The position numbers and the translations under genes were made by a program. The notes below the pieces were generated by a model, which was given only the letters and a program-made list of their open reading frames with translations, had not been told where the DNA came from and ran no database searches. Below, in pieces: positions 17,717 through 26,100 of a stretch of 64,000 nt of DNA. The first letter of the stretch is position 1. Every line of letters begins with the position of its first letter. This DNA is from a virus (taxonomy: Duplodnaviria > Caudoviricetes): IMG/VR virus record IMGVR_UViG_3300007770_001239, positions 1 to 64,000 of that record; one strand, given 5' to 3'.

Positions 17717-19039
17717 ATGTCTGTGCACAATCAGGTTATACGTGGAGATGAGCTCGATAAATGTAAGTCGATCTTAAAAAAAGATATCTCTCTATTGATC
17801 GAAGACATCAACAGTCTTTCATCTTCTGTTCTAATGACAGACCGGCTCCATACTATAGGATGGAGTGATTCTTTTCGTGGGCTTCTTGTTGGGTTGAATA
17901 ACTGCGAAACAGCATACAAGAACTTAATCTTGAATAGCGCGTATCATCTAAATGAAACATGCGCCCTGGCAATTCCTGTATATTTGCTTACACTTCAAAA
18001 GATTCTTTCCTCGTCAATCACAAATGAAAGAGCTCTTGCCTTAATAAAAGCACCAACTCGGCCTCGGCGAGTCAAGTCAATCGATATCATTAAGGAATGG
18101 GAACGAAGCATTCATGATGAAGTTACACTTTCCTATAAGAATGTTTTTATCGATGCTGTACGAACAGCTGGTTCACTTGGTTCCGTTGTCATTGAGCAGA
18201 CAACAGGAAATACAATCACTGAACTCGAGTCGGGCTGCCAATTTCAATGTAGTCTACATTCCTTTTTTCAAGAATCTTTTGATGACTACGTAGAATTAAG
18301 AGAGTGTATAGTTGTTGTGATCGATGGTGCCATCATCGATGTCAGCGAAATACATCATTTGTTAACATATGCTTACGAAAATAAGACGCCGGTGGTGGTC
18401 TTCGCGAGTAATTACTCAGACGATGTTGCAAACACTCTGATTGTGAATTGGGAAAAGGGGTTAGTGAAAGTCCTCCCATTCATCATGGATAAAAGTCTAG
18501 ATAATGTTAACCAAGTAAAAGATTTGTGCACTATTGCTGGTATTACACCGGTGTCTAAAGAGTCAGGGATACTCATAAGCACTCTAGATTTTGATACAAT
18601 CCCGTCAAATACCGCAAAATATTCTGTCAAGAAACAAACTTGCTCAATTCAAACAAGCAAGAATAATTTTGATTCGATCAAGTATCTACGTCAAGATATT
18701 CAGAAAAAGCTGACTAAAGAAAAAGTAGATGATGTAAGAGATGTATTGAAAAAACGATTATCGCGATTATCAACACGGACAGTAAAAACTAAAATTCATT
18801 GCTCCAAAACAGAGGAGGGAATTCTTCAAGATAGAGCCGCATGTCTGGTCCAGCTTCTAGCATGTTCGGGGAGAGAAGGTATTATCGATATTCAGCCGAT
18901 TTATGATATGCTGAACTACACTCCTTCGAATTTTATGCCGACAATATTACCACATCAAATTACGCTTAATGCAATGCGAAGAGCTGTAGCTGATGCGAAA
19001 GCCATAAGTAATATTAGCGTCATTATCAAGCTGGATTAG
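17717..19039 (+). CDS. Degenerate GroEL/Cpn60-like protein lacking equatorial ATP motifs
   Basis: Segments match GroEL intermediate/apical domains (ELESGCQF, PVVVFASNYSDDVANTLIVN..GLVKV, DLCTIAG..VSKESG, KKRLSRL, EGII); no GDGTT or GPKG. Confidence 0.75.
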   Translation: MSVHNQVIRGDELDKCKSILKKDISLLIEDINSLSSSVLMTDRLHTIGWSDSFRGLLVGLNNCETAYKNLILNSAYHLNETCALAIPVYLLTLQKILSSSITNERALALIKAPTRPRRVKSIDIIKEWERSIHDEVTLSYKNVFIDAVRTAGSLGSVVIEQTTGNTITELESGCQFQCSLHSFFQESFDDYVELRECIVVVIDGAIIDVSEIHHLLTYAYENKTPVVVFASNYSDDVANTLIVNWEKGLVKVLPFIMDKSLDNVNQVKDLCTIAGITPVSKESGILISTLDFDTIPSNTAKYSVKKQTCSIQTSKNNFDSIKYLRQDIQKKLTKEKVDDVRDVLKKRLSRLSTRTVKTKIHCSKTEEGILQDRAACLVQLLACSGREGIIDIQPIYDMLNYTPSNFMPTILPHQITLNAMRRAVADAKAISNISVIIKLD

Positions 19040-19040
19040 A

Positions 19041-19517
19041 ATGGTAAAATGGAGCACATCGAAGATACAGTGGCATAATGCTGATTCTAAGCCGGCATCA
19101 TTTAATGATATTATTGAAAAAATAAATAGTAATAATGCATACCAAATTCATGTAGGGTGTGATTCTCACAAGCGAGGGGATACATATGTTTTCGCCGTTG
19201 TAATTGCTGGGTATGTTAACCGCAAGGGTGGCACTTTTTATTTCCACAGAAAAAGAAGCAAGGATTGCGCTTTAGATTCTATGAAATTTCGTCTTATGAA
19301 AGAAGCAGAATTAGCAATAGAAGCTGCACGATCTTTAAGAGAAGCATTTCCGATTAAGATTATAAATGTTCATCTAGATCTAAACCCTAACAAGAAATAT
19401 CCGTCATCTAAAATTTTAACATCTGCGATTTCTTGGGTAAACTCTTATGGGTTTACACCGATTGTGAAGCCAAATTCATGGGCTTCTTCATCTTTAGCTG
19501 ACGCATATGCTAAATAA
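19041..19517 (+). CDS. RNase H-like YkuK (DUF458) protein
   Basis: IHVGCDSH, RLMKEAE, NVHLDLNP, KPNSWASSSLAD. Confidence 0.85.
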   Translation: MVKWSTSKIQWHNADSKPASFNDIIEKINSNNAYQIHVGCDSHKRGDTYVFAVVIAGYVNRKGGTFYFHRKRSKDCALDSMKFRLMKEAELAIEAARSLREAFPIKIINVHLDLNPNKKYPSSKILTSAISWVNSYGFTPIVKPNSWASSSLADAYAK

Positions 19518-19567
19518 ACGTTTACTATCGCGCACTACAGTTATAATTGGTACCAGGAGGATGACTA

Positions 19568-19807
19568 ATGCCACCCAAGACAAAAACAAAAACTAAGAGC
19601 TGGTCGACTAAAGAGGTTAGGGAATTAATCCAAGAAATTCTAGTCTTTCAGAACGATTCTATTTTATCAGCGTTAATGACAGCTACGACAGAAGATATGT
19701 CTGAAGCTCAACGCTTAACTAGAGATCAAGCTAATGGACTTGGCTTACTAATAGAGCACTCGTCTAAGGATGCTGCGTTTAAGGTCTTAGCTTCGAAGAA
19801 GCTATAA
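19568..19807 (+). CDS. Hypothetical protein
   Basis: AGGAGG RBS; upstream TATAAT at 19542-19547. Confidence 0.7.
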   Translation: MPPKTKTKTKSWSTKEVRELIQEILVFQNDSILSALMTATTEDMSEAQRLTRDQANGLGLLIEHSSKDAAFKVLASKKL

Positions 19808-19808
19808 G

Positions 19809-20270
19809 ATGCAAGGGTTAAAGCACTTGATAAAGTGTCGGTGCATTTTACCCACGCTAAAGAATAGGACCGACCCACCGCTACATCAATTTATAGTATT
19901 TTCGATTGTAGAAAAAGATGTAGTGCTTGAAAAAATTGTGAATTGTAATAACTGCGGTATAGCACACCGGATAACCGACATCTGCAAATCTGTTATTATG
20001 GAAAGTGTAGAATCAGCAAAGTCAGTAATGACGATAGATGATGTGGCAGTTATGTTGCCAGAGTCAGTTTCAACAATTTTACAAACATATGAAAAAGATT
20101 TACCAGATTATGAACAGGCACATTTCATATTACAATATGAGAGACGAGGGGATTTTATAGTGCTTTCCTCAGAGATAGCTGAAGAGAAGAAGTTGGGTAA
20201 AGTATTGACATATCAAGGGGACGGGAAATTCAAGATCGAACCTTACTCGATAGATGAGATATTAAAATGA
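19809..20270 (+). CDS. Hypothetical Zn-binding protein
   Basis: CRC, CNNC..H..DIC. Confidence 0.7.
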   Translation: MQGLKHLIKCRCILPTLKNRTDPPLHQFIVFSIVEKDVVLEKIVNCNNCGIAHRITDICKSVIMESVESAKSVMTIDDVAVMLPESVSTILQTYEKDLPDYEQAHFILQYERRGDFIVLSSEIAEEKKLGKVLTYQGDGKFKIEPYSIDEILK

Positions 20271-20521
20271 CAGAAGAGAAGAAAGAAGAAAAGCTAGAAC
20301 GAGAAGACACAGACTGGCTGCTTGACATTAAGAAATCGCGAGATATATGTCAGGAAATTTTAAGGTTTGGGGTTTCCCAAACACAAATTAGGAATATAAT
20401 CAATTTGCTTGCACTCGAGCTAGAAGATAGGGAGATGATGCTGGCAATCAACAGGGCTGTAAAACAAGAAGAGGATGAAGAACGCCCGAAGATTCTTCAT
20501 CCAGGAGAAAACGATGAGTGA
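20267..20521 (+). CDS. Hypothetical protein
   Basis: 84 aa, translationally coupled. Confidence 0.65.
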   Translation: MTEEKKEEKLEREDTDWLLDIKKSRDICQEILRFGVSQTQIRNIINLLALELEDREMMLAINRAVKQEEDEERPKILHPGENDE

Positions 20522-20708
20522 TTCAAACACAATTCTCGAAAATTGGGAGAGCCTGAAGGAGCTAGTAGCATCTTTAGAGTTAGACGTGCACAAGAACGCG
20601 CATGGAAACAAGTCTGCTGGTGTAAGAGCCAGACGCGGTTTGCGTAGACTAAAGGATTCATCCGCTAGCTTGGTTAAATTAACTTTAGAAGTTGAAAAGA
20701 GCAAGTAG
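20514..20708 (+). CDS. Hc1-family histone H1-like nucleoid protein
   Basis: LELDVHKNAHGNKSAGVRARRGLRRLK resembles the Hc1 core KxxKGNKAAAxRxR; GGAG RBS. Confidence 0.75.
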   Translation: MSDSNTILENWESLKELVASLELDVHKNAHGNKSAGVRARRGLRRLKDSSASLVKLTLEVEKSK

Positions 20709-20735
20709 CTCGCCCTATCATTCGAGCAAAATCTA

Positions 20736-20764
20736 AGAGAGAGCGTAAGCTCTCTCTTTTTTTT
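20736..20764 (+). terminator. Rho-independent terminator
   Basis: AGAGAGAGC-GTAA-GCTCTCTCT 9 bp stem followed by a T-run, between convergent genes. Confidence 0.9.
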
Positions 20765-20778
20765 ACGCGAAGCTATAC

Positions 20779-21099
20779 TTAATTGTGTGATTGATCGGAC
20801 AATATCTTCGGGGAAGATGATTTCAAGAATTGCTTTGCTAGTTTCTCTATCTGACATATTCGCATGCGAGTTACTTTGAATATGTCCCCCACTTCTTGTA
20901 GCGTCATTGGACCATCCCTAGATGCAAGAATAACGCAATTGTGGTGCTTCTTAGATTCCATCTCTTGCCAATATCGACAATCTTTTTTCTGGCAATCTAC
21001 GCCAAGATCAGAGTGTGCTTTAAAGCAGGTTAGTCCCTCTATAGCGTCGTCAGCCCTGGCTGCGCGCTTTGTATTCTTCTTTATTTTACCTTTATTCAT
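20779..21099 (-). CDS. Stand-alone sigma70 region-4 HTH protein with Cys-rich N-terminus
   Basis: MTLQEVGDIFKVTRMRICQIEK; C..CQKKDCRYW..HHNC. Confidence 0.85.
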   Translation of the reverse strand: MNKGKIKKNTKRAARADDAIEGLTCFKAHSDLGVDCQKKDCRYWQEMESKKHHNCVILASRDGPMTLQEVGDIFKVTRMRICQIEKLAKQFLKSSSPKILSDQSHN

Positions 21100-21176
21100 T
21101 CAGTATTCCTCTAAATGTTACTTCATGTACAAAGGTATTGTAAGTCACTTGTAGCTAATTTTTCAAGGAGAAAATT

Positions 21177-22490
21177 TTGGAAAGCAAAAGAAAACGATTT
21201 ATTCTTGACACGAGCGTTCTTCTGTATGATAAATCATCGATACATTCGTTTCCTGGAAATGATGTAATCTTGCCCCTTCAGGTCATAGATGAACTAGACC
21301 GCTTTAAGGAAAAACCCGGTATCGTGGGTGATGCGGCAAGATATGTAAATCGATTTTTAGATGAGCTTCGAGATATGGGTCGACTGGATGAGGGTGTTGA
21401 GGTTGATTCTTCACTGGCCGAAAGCCAAACAGTCAAAGTTACTATTGACGAAGATTTATCAAAGCTGCCCCGAGGGCTTGCGAAGGAAAGGGGTGACAAC
21501 AGGATCCTGGCGACGTGTATGTCTGAGAAGGCGAAAACGAAGTCTGGGCCCATCGTCGTCGTAACTAAGGACATTAACCTTAGGGTGAAGTGCGATGCAC
21601 TAGGGATAAAAGCAGAGGATTACTATAAGGATCATCTCGAGCGGGGGAACACGGAATATACTGGGCATCGAGAGCTGATGATTCAAAAAAATAAAATCGA
21701 TTCTTTTTATAGCGACGGTGTTCTAGCTTTAGAGAATGAAGACCTATCTCCTAATGAATGTGTTGTTATGGTATCATCAGAAAGATCATCTTCTGCGCTT
21801 GGCATGTATCGGGCTGGTGCCGTGTATCCATTGACACAAAGGCCGGGACAGCTTATGAGCAATTTTGAGTCTAAGAATAAAGAGCAAGCTTTTGCAGTGG
21901 AAGCCTTATTGAGAGATGAGATACAACTGGTGACCCTTACCGGTTTGGCTGGGTCTGGAAAGACATATGTCGCATTAATGGCTGGCTTGGATGGTGTGCA
22001 ACAGGGGAAGTATAAGAGGATAGTGGTTTCCAGGTCCATACAGCCTGTTGGAAGGGACCTTGGGTATTTACCTGGGGATATGGATGACAAGATGCAACCG
22101 TGGCTTGCACCGATCACAGACAACTTCAGAACAATGCTTAGTGACAAGAACTTTACGTACTTCGAAATGATGAAAGATCGTGGAGAATTAGAGGTCGCAC
22201 CGCTGGCGTATATTCGCGGTAGAACGTTTAACGATTCGTACGTGATTGTTGACGAAGCACAAAATGCGACAGTGCATGAATTAAAGACAATCATTACCAG
22301 AATTGGTAAGGGTTCGAAAATTGTGCTGTTAGGAGATACGGATCAAATAGATACTCCGTACATTAATAAATTAAGTAATGGACTGTCAATTGTCGTTCAT
22401 AAATTTAGGGACAAAAATTCAGCCGCGCACGTGCAATTAGTAAAAGGCCAAAGATCGGACATAGCTTCTCTTGCTTCTTTGATTCTTTAA
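21177..22490 (+). CDS. phoH: PIN-PhoH fusion (PhoH2/YlaK-like)
   Basis: ILDTSVLL PIN motif, DNRILA, LVTLTGLAGSGKT, GYLPGD, YIRGRTF, DEAQN, LGDTDQID; AAGGAG RBS. Confidence 0.95.
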   Translation: MESKRKRFILDTSVLLYDKSSIHSFPGNDVILPLQVIDELDRFKEKPGIVGDAARYVNRFLDELRDMGRLDEGVEVDSSLAESQTVKVTIDEDLSKLPRGLAKERGDNRILATCMSEKAKTKSGPIVVVTKDINLRVKCDALGIKAEDYYKDHLERGNTEYTGHRELMIQKNKIDSFYSDGVLALENEDLSPNECVVMVSSERSSSALGMYRAGAVYPLTQRPGQLMSNFESKNKEQAFAVEALLRDEIQLVTLTGLAGSGKTYVALMAGLDGVQQGKYKRIVVSRSIQPVGRDLGYLPGDMDDKMQPWLAPITDNFRTMLSDKNFTYFEMMKDRGELEVAPLAYIRGRTFNDSYVIVDEAQNATVHELKTIITRIGKGSKIVLLGDTDQIDTPYINKLSNGLSIVVHKFRDKNSAAHVQLVKGQRSDIASLASLIL

Positions 22491-22502
22491 CTCTTCCCGT
22501 GC

Positions 22503-22509
22503 ATATTTA
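22503..22509 (+). promoter_or_regulatory. Candidate phage late-promoter motif ATATTTA
   Basis: Intergenic, 15 nt before GTG 22525, at the head of the tail-fibre block. Confidence 0.5.
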
Positions 22510-22524
22510 GTAGAGAGGTGCACA

Positions 22525-22878
22525 GTGGGAAGTTCAAAGTTAAAAAAGTTTGATAAGAATCGCTTTCGAAAAGTCTATCCCCGTTTTCGAAAGATGCCCA
22601 TTTATTCGTACATGGGCGACGCTGAAATGGTGATAGAAGCTCATGAAGTTACTTTTACAAATACGGATGAAGTGGCGTTCCAGTTAAAGGAAAATTATAC
22701 GTCAGCTCCAAACGTTACGTGTACTCCTGTAGGCGAGCACCATTCAGATATCAATATATTCATAGCGAAAGTAGAAGTAGGCGGAGTGCCCCCAGGTGGC
22801 AGAAAAGCTATCATAACAATTCGAGCAAGCGCTACCTGGACGGGAACAGTGTTCTTACAAGCTGTGAAGGCGGGATAA
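22525..22878 (+). CDS. Small beta-rich virion/tail-fibre-associated protein
   Basis: VTF...YTSAPNVTCTP pattern resembles H-lectin/gp53-like tail domains; adjacent to fibre genes. Confidence 0.6.
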   Translation: MGSSKLKKFDKNRFRKVYPRFRKMPIYSYMGDAEMVIEAHEVTFTNTDEVAFQLKENYTSAPNVTCTPVGEHHSDINIFIAKVEVGGVPPGGRKAIITIRASATWTGTVFLQAVKAG

Positions 22879-22880
22879 TA

Positions 22881-23180
22881 ATGTCAGGATTCTGGGAAAA
22901 TGGACATGTTGGATTATCTACTGGACAAGTAACATGGGACTACGGAGTAACTGAAACACCTTATATGGCTTTAGACGTCGGTAAGCACCCAAAGAAGGTT
23001 AAGCCGATAATTGTATTTAACCCAATCGGTGAAGATAGCAATATGAATGCCTACGTTCAGCATGTCACATTTGATGAAACGGATAATAATTGGAAATGGA
23101 AAGCCGGCATCTCTGCTGGAAACTGGGGCTTCGATGGTCCGGTTCTGGCTTCATATATAATTATTTCTATGTGGGCTTAA
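22881..23180 (+). CDS. Small beta-rich virion-associated protein
   Basis: Start moved to ATG 22881; similar size and pattern to the upstream gene. Confidence 0.55.
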   Translation: MSGFWENGHVGLSTGQVTWDYGVTETPYMALDVGKHPKKVKPIIVFNPIGEDSNMNAYVQHVTFDETDNNWKWKAGISAGNWGFDGPVLASYIIISMWA

Positions 23181-23190
23181 GAGGTAAAAG

Positions 23191-26100
23191 ATGGCAAGAG
23201 ACTTTAGAGCAGACCAAATACGCGTAAATAAGATAATCGCTTCTGGGTCGAGTTGGCCTTTGGCAACTGGGCGAGCGGTGGATACGAATGGTAACCCCAC
23301 TCCAGCTGAGCAGTACCACCCCAACCTGGGATTGCTGTTCTACTCATCTAGCGCCGCGGCAGATTACTCAGGCGTGATTGAGGGATCAACGGACTTGATG
23401 AACCAATTTGGTAATGAGCCGTGGCTCGTTTTTTCTGGTTCTGCAAATAACACTGCCCTGACTCCCGTGGGGGATGGTAGCGCGGTTCTCTTTCTTGGAG
23501 ATGTCATTATCAGTGGTACGCTGTTTGGAAAGCGACAGCTAATCCAGATTGATAGCGATGTCCCGAATGATTTTTATGTTCAAGGGAATACGCACCTTTC
23601 CGGTAACTTTTTTGCTGGTCCTACCTCATATGATAATGGCGGAACGCACACCCAGAATATGACAGTCTATCCGAACCAAAGGGGTGATAGAGGAGTCAAG
23701 ATTAACTCTGATATGATCGTCTATACAAGGGGTAGCTCGGCAATGCCCCCTCGGATATCTTTCAGAACACTCACATGGGAAGACCGACTTACTCCAGCAA
23801 CCGGGAATGAACATCCTGATGTCTTCTTTCACGTTTCAGGAACCGTTGGTGGTAGACTCGGAAACCAGCGCGGTATTGCTTTATTCGGTGGTGATCTTCA
23901 TGTTTCCGGAAACTTCAGCGTTGATGGGTCAAATGACCTTGTTAAATTCCAAGAGGACATGATCCTCAATAATACCAGAAGTATGCCGCCGAACTTCGGT
24001 CATGATTATACCAACCCCGCGAACCTTCCGCCTCCTCTTTCTCGTATTAAAAAGCTGGATCGCTGGACTGTTGGTCAGTTTGCACCCAACGCTTCTAGCT
24101 GGTGGTCGGTCCTTCATAACTCATCTTCCACCGCGGTGGGTGGCCATGGTGGGTGGAAGCTTAAGGTCAAAGGGGGCGCGCCCTGGAATGGGAATGAATT
24201 TACGGTTTCCGGGTCGGGTGATGTTGGAATAGACCCAGGTAAAACTTTCTGGTTTGACTCTCGCGGTGCAACGAAAACGGGTATTAAGCATACATGGGCA
24301 GTTGGTTCGAACAAGCTGCAGATCTCCGGCAATATCCCTACGTCGTATGAATTCAATCATGGGGTTGTGACAGGATCAGGCGGGTTCCATCTGCCACAAG
24401 GAACATCAGCTGAAGGTAGATTTGGTCAATCAATGGGAATTATGTTCCGCGGAGAGGGCTCAGGACTAGCAGGAAACGAAGCAGATATAGGAATATACTA
24501 CAACGGAAGTGTCCTTACAAACCCAATCTTAGGCGGGACTACAAATACACTAGTCTTTACAGGAACAAATGCCGCCAGCGATGGGTGGATGGGAGTTGGT
24601 GGTAAATTACAATTAATTGCGCATGGTGGTCTTGGAAAATTCCAGGCTAGTACAAATATGTTTCTTGGGACCGATTCAGGAGATATTAATATCAACCCTG
24701 GCGGTGGGAATGTAGTATTCAAAGATGCAACTGGTGCTGCCGTCGTTGATATAGACACAAGCAATGAACATCTACGACTACCTTCGACAGCAGATCCGGA
24801 TGACTATTTCCAAATAGCGGTAGGTGCTGCAGGAACAACCACCATCAAGACTTTTGATGATGCTGCAACAGGTGCGCATCTTACAGTAAATATTGACGGT
24901 AATATTGCAATGAACGCCGCTGACGCATCAACGATCGGTCTCGGTAACAGCAACGCAGATACTGGAAAGATAACAATTGGTGGGTCTGTTGCGAATAGGT
25001 CAGAAATCGAGCTTAACGCGACGAACATTGATGTTAACGCCGGGTCGGGAGGAATCAATCTCGATGCAGCTGGACAATCTCATCTTACCACAACAGCAGG
25101 GACACTAACACTTGACGGTGCTGGTGGAGTGAACATTGTAGGTAACTCATCTGAAGTTGATATAACAACTACCGGTGGCGTTGATATTAATTCGGCGGCT
25201 TTTGATGTTGACGCTTCAGGCGCAATAGCTCTTGATTCTGATTCGACATTTAATATCGGGGCTACGAACTTTGTCGTTACAGCTGACGGTGGCGCCGGTG
25301 ATGGCGCAATTAGTCTACAGACTACCGACACTACGAATGGTGTTAAAATATGTACCGTCGGCGGCGCTAGCGCAGTGCCGATCCAAATTGGTGGTGCCAC
25401 TTCTACGGTCACGATTGGTAACGATTTAAGTGTCGGAACGAATGCTCATTCTGGAAGTGTGGATGTTTGGGGTGATCTCACTGTCCATGGCAGCTTTATT
25501 AAGGGTCATATTATCAGTGCTTCTGTCGGTGACCCATTACTGCTTCTTAACTCTGGTGCGCTTAGTAGTAATAGTGGCGGAGGTATTGCAATCGCATCTG
25601 GTTCCAACCAGACCAACATCGCTATGGTGTTCGGTAGGGATACCTCATTCGTAAATACTTTCTTGGTCGGTACTCTTGACGTTGGTGACGGTGATTCCCA
25701 ATCAGAAACTAAGGTCGATCTTTCCGGGGCTACACCAATTCCCATTAGAACAACTGGTGTCCGGTTCCCGGCTGGAATGGCGCTAACTTCATCTCAGGTA
25801 ACAGCAGGCCCATATCATCTATCGATGTCTAATCCGAGTAATAAGGGTGGCATTAGAATAAGAGCAGGAAACCCAGTAGTAGGAGTAAATCAAGGACCGG
25901 TTCAATTAAGCGGTTCGATGTTCAGTATTCAGCCTGATAGAAAAGTCTATTTATTAGAATCAGATCCAGGAACGCATACAGGCGCTTGGTTAAAAGGTAA
26001 TTCAAGCTCCGGACTGATTACAGTAAGCGCTCCTGATGGTGTTACAATCCAAGGAGAGAAACCAGAATTACGTCTTGCTGACACTTATAAAATGCTCACA

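Noticed and set aside
20775-20781. ATACTTA copy on the + strand
   Set aside because: It overlaps the stop of the minus-strand gene with no + gene start nearby; probably chance, though antisense transcription is not excluded.
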